Part shown: one piece after another, positions 33,607-46,384 of the stretch
How positions within the stretch are numbered: position 1 is the first letter of the stretch
Layout of the letters: every line of letters begins with the position of its first letter
From: Basidiobolus meristosporus CBS 931.73
Lineage: Eukaryota; Fungi; Basidiobolomycota
Direction of reading: 5' to 3'
NCBI GenBank assembly: GCA_002104905.1
Contig: MCFE01000190.1
Span: 62,001 to 126,000, forward strand
Length of the DNA stretch: 64,000 nt
Position numbers and translations under genes: made by a program
The notes under the pieces: generated by a model
Seen by the model: the letters and a program-made list of their open reading frames with translations, nothing else
The model's database searches: none
Told to the model about the DNA's origin: nothing

Positions 33607-36258
33607 TTTCGGGGACCGGCGAGTGTGGACAGTAGAATCGGCTTTAAATAATATCAAGATAGTTATGAAGAGTGGCCCTGGATATTCGTATTTTTCTTTA
33701 CGGGCGAGCCAGAGAAAGGTTTCAAGTCATGGAGTCAAAGTCTAATAGCTACCGGTCAGAGTGAAGGGTGAAAACAATCGAGCAATACTGACAGGGAGGA
33801 TTTGAAAGGCCTTATATCTTTGGCACCAAGAATGCGGCTACCTGCAGCTATGCGCAATTGTCTTGATTCGCTTACTCAATATGGGAATGGATATATAGGA
33901 TTGAGCAGTAAAAAAGGAGAGCTTAGATCGAAAACTTTGGGTGGTCGATTCAGGCTAATGAGAGGAGGCTGCCTATTTGAACCCTAATGGGATTCTAATA
34001 ACGGCGATGAGATCCTCTTGGTTCTATACGATTCATTAAAGCACTCAATGACCATTTATGTGAGTACTACTTGACTATCCCTTGGGAGTTATACGCACAC
34101 AGCGACGCCTGGATATAACGCAAATCTTCCACTCAGATCGCGCAAAGTTCAATGTGACCTTTTTATATTGCATTATGTAGCTTAGCACTTCAAAGGTGAA
34201 AATTTTGCCAGCCAACTACAAATGTCAACCAGTTGTGTAACTTGGGCTCAATTTTTTTATTTCAACAGGATCTCAAGGCGAAGTTAATTTTAATTGAGGA
34301 GATAGGCACCAGAGCGTACATGCAATCGACACTTCCAAATGTGGGCTTTGTTTGTTGTTATTGAGTATGATTTTCAAAGGAGTCATCAGATTCATATATG
34401 GGACATACGCTGCTGTGACTACATCAGTAAGGGTAATGCCGATACTATCAGGAGGCTGTTCCAAACTACAAATTCTCATGTCTATGGATGTGAAGCAGCT
34501 GTACCGCAGATGTGTGGATACCTGCAGCACTTGGAGAAGGCTTGCATTAATGTACCGTCAAGTTAAAGATATGCATTTCAAGTATTACATTTATGCTCCG
34601 CTCAAGTTAAAATGGAGTTTGCTTGCAAAGAGGCCCGTGGTGTAGGCCCTACTTAATTTGGCAATACCTTGCTCATGGTCCTGCCTTATCCTACATAAAA
34701 AACGCAGAACAAAAACAATACGTTTCATCCTTGTAGTCAGAGATCCTTGCTCAAATATTGCTGAGCCGGAATAAAGCATGGTGCCAACTTCAAGAAGCCA
34801 GACCTAACACATTTCTACTAGGAAAGCCCATGTAACTGATTTATTCACAGTTGAGGCTGTGGCCAAGTATTAGTTTCAACTCGACCTCTCTTTTGAATAC
34901 AAACGAATAATTGATCTATATCTACACAACGCTTATTGCATTCTACTCAAGTTTATCAGTTTTGTGCATTGTTATGCTTGACTTGATCGATTTATAAAGA
35001 ATCTTAAGTTGTCAACTTCGGATTTTTAAGGGCCCAACAGCGGATGGTGGATAGTTGCAGAAGATTGTCAGGTAAAGAGTGAATCAGAATATAGCTCTTA
35101 AACATATTGTCTATCCCATATAGTTTAACATACCTCGATGTTATGGTTTGGCCAATTGAGTCCAGCGGATCCCCCTCCATATAAAGCAATACGTCGCAAA
35201 ATTGCATAGCATTCTAGAAACGAAAACTTTTAGGGGTTTCCGTTGTAGCACCTGCTTCTGATTTCTTATTATGAGCATTGAGAGCCTACAGTAGCCTAGA
35301 CGCAATAAACCGTTGGAGATAGTACAACGATGCAACTAATCCGTACTGCATGGGGATAATATTTATGCGTAGCATGATTTTAACTAATGCGACAAAGCTA
35401 GCTGTCAGTGAAGTCACCTCTTGGCACAGAGCAGCTGCATGTATTAAAAGGTGGGGCACACTGTACATTATTTTTAGAGGTGGGTGTAGCTTGTGTAGGC
35501 CGGATAGAGAGCACTGGGAAAGGTTTGTATGCATCGGAAGCATTCCATATCGGCAGTACAGACGGCACAAGAATCTTGTTCAAATCATTTCATCAGTCTA
35601 AAGCTTAGGAGGAATATCAGCAGAGCTGTATTTCATATTAGAACGTTGGCTAAAGCATAAATGCTGTCTATTCATATACATATGCGTATGCTCTATAGCA
35701 TCGTCCTCGATATCCAAACCCCCTTCATCAGGAATAAGCATACCAACATGCGTAGATGAATGGCTCGGGGCAAGCAGTTATACCCACTAATGATTTCGCA
35801 AATTACTCAAACCTATGAAGGCATTTAAACGCCCAAGTTGACTATATCGTTTATCTTCATCCGACCTAGATCAAGTTACTGATTACTTGCTTTCTTGCAT
35901 TTCGATGCATATGGGATTGATACTTTATAGTACTACTATACTATCATTCATGTTAATGACAACCACTTTGTCAAAACATATCTAGAAAGTTCCTTACAAA
36001 ACAAATAATGCCACAATTATGCCTTCCAACTAGAACTCGTTATTCTTCATCATTATTCAAGTAGTTTCTAACCCATTCTGGACACGTACATGTTGTACTA
36101 ATATCATATACGCCATTAATTACTCATGTATCATACTTAATATAGGCACATCACTCTTAGTTTCTCATTCTACATTTTACCCCCTTATCTTAATCTTTTT
36201 ACTATCCGTTGCTCTGGAGTAATGTCAAGCCTACCGTAATCTTAAAGTTCCAAAATGC

Positions 36259-36607
36259 TGTTGCAAGATTCTAGGGAGTATTGGAAGTGGTTTGGAGAAC
36301 TGGAAGAATTGCATGATACTCACTTGCTTTTTAATTGAGTTCAAATAAAGTATATACACTTTTGGGGAAGCTTTGTAAAATTGCTGATGAAAATGTCTTA
36401 AGAAAGGTCTTAGGAAGCTGTGTGCAAAGTTTGGGGGCTTTTAGACGAGTTTGAAAATATTGGTAAATTCCAGACCTTCGCTAATTCCAAGAATTAGCCA
36501 ATATCTTGCAAACTTCTTCTTAGGTAAAAAATTCATAACTTAGCAATAAGCTAAATAGAATCTTACGTTATATAAATGGTTTAGGTGTAAACTAAGTAAT
36601 TACAACA
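36259..36607 (-). mobile_element. Diverged solo LTR of the same copia-like family
   Basis: 349 bp, TGTTGCAA...TTACAACA termini, collinear with the 45798-46146 copy; flanks AATGC/TATGC are a 4/5 match to a 5-bp TSD. Confidence 0.6.
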
Positions 36608-36726
36608 TATGCAATACTAATTTTTCACAAATATCATGATTAACGCTGCCAGTCACCATGGAAAAGATGCACTCGAAGGTGTATACATATCATTCATCTG
36701 ACCCCTACCACTATGATATACATTGG

Positions 36727-36889
36727 ATTTGTTCCAGCATTCCTATTGATCATAATGCCACAGTGTGCCATAGAGTGACATTGAATGCCAGATCAAGGTA
36801 AAATTGACCTGCATATGACCTCAATGTAATAAATTGATAAAATAGACAGCACTATCTGGCACCATGATCAATGGCACAATGGAACAAAT
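36727..36889. repeat. Imperfect inverted repeat (~33-bp arms, ~96-bp spacer), MITE-like
   Basis: atttgttccagcattcctattgatcataatgcca (36727-36760) pairs with tggcaccatgatcaatggcacaatggaacaaat (36857-36889). Confidence 0.65.
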
Positions 36890-36980
36890 TTATTTCTTAA
36901 TCTATGGGATTCAGTTATTACCAGTTGATTAACACAAACCCTCTGCCCAGTGCGTAGAGATTGCTATGAGAAGTACTTGA

Positions 36981-37380
36981 ACGGAGTATCGGAGAAAACA
37001 CTGGGAAAATGTTACAAAATGGGGTTGTTACGTCTGTTTTAAAAAGAGCAAACTATCACAAAGAGAATACCGCGGAGATTTTATTCATTTGATGAGGCCT
37101 AAATACTTCAAGTACAATCAGGCCCAAAGGTCCGATTGGGGTAATCTCTGCTGTTGATATAGTGGCAATACTCAATGCCCTAATAAATTCTAGTCCATCA
37201 ACATAGTCAAGAAGCAAGATAGTTTAAAAACAATCAGAGGACATTATATATCTCATAACCACTCCAGTAATCATAACACAATTACAACACATGGAATTCC
37301 TATGAAAGTTTGAAGCATGTTGAATTAGGGTCATATCTCCAAAAATGGCCATTCGTACAAGTCATAGGTTTTGATGAAGT
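36981..37380 (+). mobile_element. Decayed, internally deleted Mutator-like (MULE) transposase remnant
   Basis: One frame with 2 stops: KWGCYVCFKKSK...NTQCPNKF*SINIVKKQ...HYISHNH (FAR1/WRKY-GCM1-type Zn finger pattern); another frame GSYLQKWPFVQVIGFD (cf. MULE DxTYxxNxYxxPLxxxxGxD). Confidence 0.4.
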
Positions 37381-39114
37381 TGTCTTAGTCGGGAGGCCAA
37401 ACCTAGGTCATATGGATGGGTGTTTCTAGACGGTGGCCAGCGCCAAGAGTAACCCACTATTCGAGTCATTTCGTGCGAGTTGCTAATTTTGTATTTTGGC
37501 GGTATCCTACCGACAGTCGTGACACTGGATTCCCCTACTTGTCGGCGGGAGTTCTACTACACTCGGAAGTTCCTAATTCACTACACACATGGTGCACTTT
37601 TATTGCATATTGATTCTCCGAAAAGTATTTTAGATTCCTGTTGAAGAGCAGCCCACGGGAGAATGCATGCAAATCTCCGACGCCGGGCGAAATTGGATGG
37701 GGCTGAAACTGGAGGTCATATATATACATATTTTGTACATAGTTGTACGTTACATAAATCTATGAATATCTGCTGTCAATCAGACACGTTTTTGAAAGAC
37801 CACAACGTGAATAACCGACCATATCAGAAACATGGCTTGTCTCTACTCATTACTCCATAGTCCTAGTCGGGTAGATGTACTGGGCCGCATTCCAAGACTC
37901 ATGCCTACACAAGTATCAAGGACTAGACGGGTCATCAAAAATCAGTGTTATTATAGACTTGGAATGTGTATAATGAAATCCTGGATTTAGGTGATTTCAT
38001 CATGGAGAGAATATCCCAAGGTCTCAAGATGTGGGTGAATGATTTATTGATGTGGCTAATTCGCTGGAAAATCTATTCCGTATGACGTATTCTCAATTGC
38101 CCATCCCATCTAGATTACAGATGCTATGTCCGATCGTCAATCAACATGGGCAAATCTGCATCTTCACTAGATTTGAGTGAACACTTGCCATACAATTGTG
38201 TCGCAGCCCCAGTAATCGCATAATTGAAGGATACCACAATCAATACGCAGCTTTGAAACCTTCCCAGTAAGTAACCCTCTACTCTCTGCGCCATGACGTT
38301 AAATCATAATCTGAGGCTGAAATTTCACACTGATATCGGCCAAGTGGCACATTAATGGTTGACCCAAAAATGTCTGCTCTATTATTTTACCATGTTATCA
38401 GCCACATGCGTGATCGGGTGGCTTATTGAAAACTAAACTTGGTCATCTTAATGCTTCCATTTTTGAGACGGTCCGCTAAAGGTAACATTGAAGCGGTACT
38501 CCACCCATCCAGTTACGTACATAATAAATGATGGGAGTTGGTACAATTTAATCAAACTCAACCGGCCTCTCGAGACACTTGCATGTTAGCCCCGCCCTCT
38601 AATAATTGGGTAATGGAACTCGATATGTATACACCACACGGCGAAATTTGGTATTCGCTGGTGGATGGTTAGGAGTTTTACCCGACGTGCGCGGTTAATC
38701 GTTTAATTCCAATATCTCCCGTCCAGTGAATGGCCAATCAAAGCCTATAGATTAAACCATAGTTAAAACGAGATTCGCATGGCAATTAAGGTTGCAACCT
38801 CGCCCATAATGAGTTCTCCATGCATAAAGCCCAACTAATACGCACTCATCAATGACGAAAACCCACCCATGCAGTTGACAGCTCATGAAATGGATTCACC
38901 TAAACGGCTTATGGCTGAGATCTTGGATAACCTTGGTGGCACAAAACCTAGGAATGCAAAAGTTGGTCACAGTAAATGAGCTCTGTCTCGATTGTAGGCG
39001 TTGTCGTCTGGAAACCAGAAAGTTCATTTGATAACGTTTTGTAGTTACTGTTGAATGTACGATTTTATTAGTGTATATCTACAAATGAAGTGCTTTGCTA
39101 CAAGACAACATTAT

Positions 39115-40062
39115 CTAGTATTGAATGACGTGAGGAGCATGCTCGCTTTTAACTCCAGCGGAAAGGCTAGGTTCCCAATATGTTGGGTTGGTGAAATGGA
39201 ACATCCCCTGTGGATTTAAAGTTTGCATGGCTAACAGCTTGGCTTTTGTGATGTTGCATTCTTTATGTGTCAGTAGCATAGCTTTCAGATTCATATTTTG
39301 CTGGCGAAGTACTTCATTTTGCTGTATTAAAGCTTCATTTTCTTGAGACAGGTGGCCCACAATGGTCTGAAGGCTAGCAGTCCACTGCTTCTTCCGTTGA
39401 CGACATTTCAATGCCGCCAGTCTATTTCTTTCTAAAAAGTCCTGACGCCTTTCTTCTAGGGACATTTCAGGTTTATGCTTCTTGGCGTTCTTGGAATCTT
39501 TGTTCTCACGACCATGCTTACGTGAGGATTTTTTGGCATCTTGATTGTCATCACTGGACTCCCCATCTGTCCGAAGCTCACTAGGAAGGCTTTCTGGGGT
39601 CAACGGGATGTTTTGGCTATAAGGGTCGGCGCAAACACCCGAATCCATTAAGTTTACCTCTGGCCAGCTAGGGAGCATGGGCATTCCATTGTGTAGACTT
39701 ACGGTAGGTGGACTGTACTTCGGACCATTGCCACATGGAGAATTATTGGCTTGTGGAAATGCGATGGAAGCAGGAAGAAGGAAGTTAGGCCTGGGGTCAG
39801 GATTAGAGATATTCCATCCATAGGGGCCGTGATCAGGATTACTACCAGGTGTAATGGGTGATTCTGAAAAAAAAACCGGTGAATCTACTGCAAGCAGTGG
39901 ATTCTCAGAGGCGCCCATGGAGGAGCCGTACTGGAGTGGTACTTTGGAACTGAGAGTTCGGTCAAGCTGCTTGGAGTTTACGCTAAAAGAAGCGGATGAA
40001 AAGCCCATTGCATTCTGTGGTGCTAATAGATCAATTGGCGCAAGCGAAGAGTTGGGATTCAT
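39115..40062 (-). CDS. ATF/CREB-type bZIP transcription factor (Atf1/ATF2-like)
   Basis: EERRQDFLERNRLAALKCRQRKKQW followed by a leucine zipper ending LLTHKEC. Confidence 0.92.
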   Translation of the reverse strand: MNPNSSLAPIDLLAPQNAMGFSSASFSVNSKQLDRTLSSKVPLQYGSSMGASENPLLAVDSPVFFSESPITPGSNPDHGPYGWNISNPDPRPNFLLPASIAFPQANNSPCGNGPKYSPPTVSLHNGMPMLPSWPEVNLMDSGVCADPYSQNIPLTPESLPSELRTDGESSDDNQDAKKSSRKHGRENKDSKNAKKHKPEMSLEERRQDFLERNRLAALKCRQRKKQWTASLQTIVGHLSQENEALIQQNEVLRQQNMNLKAMLLTHKECNITKAKLLAMQTLNPQGMFHFTNPTYWEPSLSAGVKSEHAPHVIQY

Positions 40063-41733
40063 TGTGAAATCTAGTTTCTAGAGAAGCTCAGTGAACTATG
40101 GGACGACTTTTGGCCAAGAGTTTGAAGTTGTAGGAATCGCTGGATAGAAAACAGAATGATGATGATCCAAAACTAACCGCTGGCCATCTATTTATTTAAG
40201 TTTAGTGTGAAGAACGTTGACACGGATCACCACTAATATGGGCAAGCGATAGAGAATCAATGTCACCATATTTGGAACCAAAACCAGTACATTCGGAAAT
40301 ATCCCAAGAATTCTGTAATCATGGTAGATCCATTTATTTTGGGCATTTCGACGAAGCTTTCAGAAAACTTAGAACTCAATGTGCAAATATTGTCAAGAAT
40401 TCTCATCAAATACTTATCATCCAAGATATGTCGCTGTTTTGCGGAAACAGAAATTACCACCTCGATTTGGTAGATGCTGCTTTGAAATGATGGCAAACCT
40501 CCAGATCCAAGTTCCATATTAAGTCAAGAAGTGAAACTCCCAGATTCTGGAAGCAGACTCGAGTCTTCCCTCTGACTGAAAAGCAAGCATTGGCGAGAAT
40601 CTATTGGCCCAGGGGCAAGCCACTAAGTGGATTTTGGCAAATATCACAACATTACTTGCAAGGATTGTTTTAGACTATGTGATTCTATTTGATATGAAAT
40701 TAAGACAATGATCGCCATTTAGTAAACTTGGGTTTTTGTAGGCCAGGGTAGATAAAAATGGAAGCATTCAAGGCAGTTCAAAAACTTTTGTTAAGGCAGC
40801 CGAGACCGGGGAAAATTTCCTTACTAATCTTTCTCTCTGGAGAGGCAGAAATTCATGGGCCATGTGCGGCACACACAAAGCTTATCAATCAATAAGAATT
40901 AGGCCTGACTTTTGGCTATGGCATCGAATGTAACGGATTAGGTAAATCCGCAAGTGACCCTGCCATTCATTACATTATACATTTCTATTCGTTATATTGA
41001 TTGGCTTGCTGTCACCGATCTCCAATAGTAATGGTGCTTTGAGAATGAGGGTTTCTGCGGGACATGCCAAAATCTATGCTGCTAGTACTGATTCTGCGGT
41101 AAATTTATCTTGCCAACCAATATCAATGTATTATTCATGGTGATAATTCTCCATCAAATAGCAAAGAATATTGCCAATCCTACTGTCTCCTGGTAAAGCT
41201 GAAACCCTGAATCGACAAGATCTAGATTCCCGGCCTCCGTTGTTATGTGCATCGCATTAATATGAGTCACCATCCAACACTCTGCAAAAAATTCACGTTC
41301 CAAAAGAGGATGTGAGAAACTCAAAGACCTCTACTGCCTAAGATTAGTATATCACATTCAAGTGCTAACAAAGCCTGGGCTATGCACATATCCAATGATT
41401 GCATACGGAGTGTGATAATTCTATTAGTGGGCTCCGACAAATTATGGCTTGCCAACCCCACTTAAAATAGTAATGCTGAATGTGCCCATATACGTATCGC
41501 ACCCTAAGTTTTTTCCATTAGCGATAGCTGGGGCCTTTTTTTCTCGACGGATACAGTTGATATCGACAGTGAGCAATGTGGGATACCTTTTCTAAATATG
41601 CAGTAGAAAGTTCAAGAATAAGTGTACCAACAGTTTATCCATGGGAATAATTATACATGTAGTTTACACAGTTCACAGTTCACAGACACTGACCGGCAGC
41701 GTGGCCAAGTTACGGATGACTTACGGATTCCCT

Positions 41734-42258
41734 CTAAATAGTAATGTACCATGCTACCACTCCTAGGCTAAACCCCAATATAAATAACGAAGCTAGGGAC
41801 ATCATCCTGTTGTATGAGCGCCACCTTTTATCCAGCTTCGCTGTTGGTCCTCTGGGGTACATTGCACCTATCCACCAGCAGGGAAAGAACAAGAACCCTA
41901 TCAGAAAGAGGATACACCCTTGGGGAATCTTAACCGGTCCAAGCTCGATGTACTGCAACTCAATATCGCCAGTGAAATATACTGTACGCGATTCATGCAC
42001 TAACGTAGTCCGATCTGTTTTATGAACAGCAAGCGGGGGTGCCACTATCGAGGGCATTTTACTTGGAAAAGGGATTTGGGCCGAGTGCCGAACAAAATCA
42101 GTCGTGATCTCATATTCCACAGAACCAGGACCGTAGGTGTGGGCCAAGGGTGGAGTTCGCCAGGTAGATAAACTTGATACGGACGAGTTGTTTGGAAGCA
42201 AGCTCGTTTCCGAACTAAGCATCGATGAAATACTAGGCAGCTTCTCACAATCAGACAT
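41734..42258 (-). CDS. Small hypothetical membrane protein (disordered N-terminus, C-terminal hydrophobic segments)
   Basis: 174-aa ORF with ILFLIGFLFFPCWWIG and W..YNRMMSLASLFILGFSLGVVAWY; function unknown. Confidence 0.7.
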   Translation of the reverse strand: MSDCEKLPSISSMLSSETSLLPNNSSVSSLSTWRTPPLAHTYGPGSVEYEITTDFVRHSAQIPFPSKMPSIVAPPLAVHKTDRTTLVHESRTVYFTGDIELQYIELGPVKIPQGCILFLIGFLFFPCWWIGAMYPRGPTAKLDKRWRSYNRMMSLASLFILGFSLGVVAWYITI

Positions 42259-42903
42259 TACTTCTTTTCAGCAGCAAAGAATGAGTTACAGAGCTGAGGT
42301 GAAGGTGGCGGTTGTCGAATTTCAAGTCACATTCGCTCCTCAACTCGCTTTATCTAACCAACTGAAAGTGAAACAACTAATCATTATTTGATAATAATAT
42401 TATTCCGAACTCGGGTCAATCAGGAAATAGAGTTTTAGTTTGATATCTCATAAGCCAGCAGAGGCCCGTTCAAGATTACAACAATATATATTAACCCTGA
42501 CCAACGAGTCTTTGTGGTAGTGGATTCACCAGAATATCATGTATAAAGCAGTGTTACATGGAAACGCATGTGCGATTGAAACAACAAACCTTGATTTCCT
42601 CATATTAGCGGCGATCATGCTGTAATACATGTTTTGCTTATGCAATTTTGTTTGAAATATATATAACAGTCCCACAAATCCATTGAGGTGCCTTAGGTTT
42701 AGGCTGTATGAAATCTGTTATCACCGCTACCTATAAAGCCCTCAAATTCTCGTTTTTGTAGAACAATAAACATTCGTTAACCACAAACTGTACATTGAAG
42801 TTCACGTTTCTCCCCAGGTTCCGTGAAATTTCAAAATAATCCGCGGTGGCAACTCGATCTTGAGGATAATTAAAAATGCTATAGTTTATTCAAAACTGGT
42901 TGG

Positions 42904-44035
42904 TTAACAAGGAGCAAAAATTTTGTTCAATGCGTTAGCTAAGCGATACCCAGCCTTAACAATCTGAGTTTCAACGTAAGGGATGTGCTTTTCGTAATAA
43001 GCTTTACCAAGGTCAGCAGTTGGGTTAGCGTCGTAATCACCCCACATGGTACCACAGTTATAAGCATCTTCCTCGAAAGCCCAATTTCCAGGACAGATAT
43101 TCCACTTGGCATATGGTTCATCAGAGGTACAATTCAACCAAGAGGTCTTCTCTTGGCTCCACTTGCCAGTGTTGAGCTCATCAACAAAGTAGTCAGCGTA
43201 GGTTTGGAAATCATTTTGGTGGGCAATTCCCATACGTTTGGTAATCATGGAAGTATCCCAAATGGCTTATAATAATAGTTAGTAAAGCCAAGCATAGCCA
43301 CTTCATCAAAAAATACACCTACAGTGAAGATTGCTCGATTTTCCATCAAACTTGGCCTTAGCATCGTTGCCACCCTTCAAACGCCCACAATCATGAAGAG
43401 GTTGAACAATATCTCCAAAGAAATGAACCAAGAACTTCAAAGCATCAGATTTCTGCTGAGTGTTTCCGTCGCGACCGTAGCATCCAATCTGTTGAGTGAA
43501 ATTACGGATTGCTCCAACGATACACTTTCCATCCGGGCAATCACGTTGCTCATCCCAACTGCAGCTCGCTAGAACGTAATCCATTGTTAAAGAGATTTTC
43601 ATTATCCTCTGACAAAGAAAAATACGAACTTGGTGGGTTGTCCTTGGGGTTAACGAAATGTAGAGAGGAGGCCCAACTGTAACCACCTTGTCCCTTGATC
43701 TCATCTAGCGATTCGAAGGCAAGTTAGAGATGACACAGTCTCTGTTAGGTTGCAAAACTTACCAGCCCAAGTAGCAGCCTTGGTCAAATCACCATTCCAT
43801 GTGGAAGGTAACAGCAAAGACACTTGTTGCAATGTCTTGTTCGAAATTAATTCTTGGGCAACTGCACCAGTCAATCGATGCCCTATTTGTTTACGAAAGG
43901 GACGCATTAGTAAATTGCATTTGGAAAGCGGTCGAGTCAACGAAACTGAAGTAGTTTCATACCAAGTGATCCCCAAGCTTGAACCTGGGTGGCTGCGAGG
44001 GCTGAAAGGCAGAATGTAAAGGGAACAAGTCTCAT
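42904..44035 (-). CDS. Secreted S1/P1 nuclease; exons 44035-43963, 43882-43763, 43704-43630, 43568-43323, 43265-42904
   Basis: Signal peptide then WGSLGH, TWADEIK, LHFVN, LKFLVHFFGDIVQPLH, GGND, NLHSIWD (Zn ligands W/H/D present); all intron phases consistent. Confidence 0.95.
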
Positions 44036-45797
44036 GATCTCCGAGGGATGGGTGAGTGCATTAGAGACGACCGTAAACATCGCTTATATAGTGTATTCGA
44101 TAGCACGACCCCGTGCATCTATCAACTCGTCTTTGATTAAGAGAGCTAGGTGATGCACGTTTTAGCGGAAACCAGTTTTCAACAGTTGATCTCACCTAAT
44201 AAAGAATCTCTCTCGGTCCCTAGAAACTGGCCGATTTCTCATCGACCAGTTTCTCAACTGCGAGAGGAGTATTGGTGCAGCCATCAATAGAAATCCAGAT
44301 ACCCTCGTACTAAATGATTGTGGTTACCAAATTCTCGGGAGCATACATATGATAGGCCAAGTCATTGCTGTGCTTGAAGTCAAAGATTACCTTTTAGTTC
44401 AGGATATGCACTATCACGAACACGTTCACTAGTATTGTATGTAATTGGAGTATCTCGACAATATTTTGATGCTCTACTGATCGATACAATTTATTCCTGT
44501 GCACCAGTCATTCTCCCACCTTGACTAACTATAGGCGAAAAATTGTCAGTACAGTGAATTGATTTTTCAGTCGTAATACGTGTGAATTCCAGGTTTACCA
44601 GCCTCGATAGCTGGGTTCCCGTGTTGCATTACTCAAAACTGATTCGGGTCTTCTAGTCCTATGGCCTCCCTAAGACAAGGAAAGAAACGGTTAGTGTGGT
44701 GACATTGGATTACGGGTGATTGTTTGTGTGATATAGAATTGCACCATGAGTCGTACACAAGAACAATAGACACTTTAAGAAGAAAAGCGGCGACTCTGGG
44801 TGAAACGAATCAGCTACTTAAGGCAATAGAGAGTCGGATCATAGTGTGAGAGTTCACTGGAAGACTCATACGAGGCATCATATATTGTCAAACTAAGCTG
44901 CTTGTCTTGTATTTCGTCGGACCGCAGGTTGGGACAGAATGCATATTGGTAACGGTACTATTACAAATCCCAATTGTGAGATTGATGTCAAACCACCCAA
45001 TTTTCACCCGGTTGCCCTCCATCACTCTTAGCGTATCAATTTAGCACACCAATCGGGAAATATCGTAGGAGACCCATCGCCAATAATGTTCAAGATTTGT
45101 AAAGTCGAATGCGCTTCTATTTTTTGGAGGAAACAAAATCTATTGTATATGAATGAAATATCTGTCAATTCTTGGGCTAATGATGAAATAAGCGGTTGCT
45201 ATTGTATTACACATGGATAGTTTTATAGCCATGATAGGGTGAAATGTAGGTGTTCTTCTACCAATCCCTCAGGTTGTGCTTGTGTTGAAACCAGAATTTG
45301 AGCCTTTGAAGTAACTTGCAGAAAAGATGATGCAACCACTTAGTCTGGCACCTAGCTGCCCATGTTGTCATTTTTTGTGCTTTGTCAAAATCTCGGATAT
45401 CAGTTTGGACTTGAAACTCATTTCAGATGCCCTTTATATTGACACTTCACAGTTACGGAAGTATTAAATATACTAATGGCTCTAAGTTCTAATCTGGCTT
45501 GCAAAATTTACTTTAAGTTACTTTATCTGCCACTGCAACTTTTGCGATTTTCAACACTACAATGTTTTGCATACATATCTAATGTATTACCTTAAATAAG
45601 ACACATTACTAGCACTATAAAGCTCTGAAGTTATCTTCCTTTCCTTTGATTAAAAAAGTCCACCTCAAATATAAGCACTTGAATAGTGAGTATCCTTCAG
45701 ACCTCTAGTCCACTAATGTCTTTCATTTGATTTTAAAGGTACATTAAGTTTATTTCGAAATTCCCACAATGCAAGATAATCAAGTATGTATTCAATC

Positions 45798-46146
45798 TGT
45801 TGTAAGAGTCTTGGAGATATTGGAAGTGATTGGGAGAACAAGTAGATTATGTGATTTTCACTTAATGATTTATTGAATGTAGAAGTAGTATTTATACTTT
45901 TACATGGTCATGACAAAAAAAACGCGTAGAGTATGTTTGTTAAGGTCCCAAGAGCATGCGTGCAAAGTTTGCGGCTGTTTGGACACCTCAACAAAATTTC
46001 ATGCTCTGGGTACCTGATGTTTTGGTGAAAATATTCCAAGTAAATCCCGACAAGGAATTTGCTCAGAATTCTCTAAGATTTGTAGGTAATGATCCAAGTG
46101 ACAAAGCTAGGTGAATATTTAGGTGCAATTACGAATTTTTACAACA
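45798..46146 (-). mobile_element. Best-preserved copy of the copia-like LTR
   Basis: 349 bp, TGTTGTAA...TTACAACA; its reverse complement contains TATAAATA then AATAAA. Confidence 0.75.
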
Positions 46147-46154
46147 ATAATATC

Positions 46155-46384
46155 TTTACCAGAATGTTTGGTATCCTGTGCATAAGAATCCTCAAAGTCA
46201 CCCAAAAGCCCACAAGCTTTGCACATATGCTTCTGGGACCATCTTAAGCGTATTTTACTTGTTTTTTTGACAAGAACTTGTAAAACTAATTTGTGAGTTA
46301 CGCTTTGACATTCAAAAAATCGCTGAGTGAAAACCACATAGTCTACTAGCTCTCATTTCCAATATCTCCAAAATCTTCACAATA
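46155..46384 (+). mobile_element. Diverged, 5'-truncated LTR copy in opposite orientation, adjacent to the previous one
   Basis: aagctttgcacatatgcttctgggacc...gagtgaaaaccacatagtctact...ttccaatatctccaaaatc is collinear with the + unit. Confidence 0.6.

Noticed and set aside
35408-35608. ORF with a SET-domain-like start (STGKGLYASEAF)
   Set aside because: Similarity limited to about 12 residues; no downstream SET motifs.
45300-45797. Possible copia gag zinc-knuckle/protease traces (KCQYKGHLK) beside the 45.8-kb LTR
   Set aside because: Second Cys and DSG motif not recoverable without several assumed indels.
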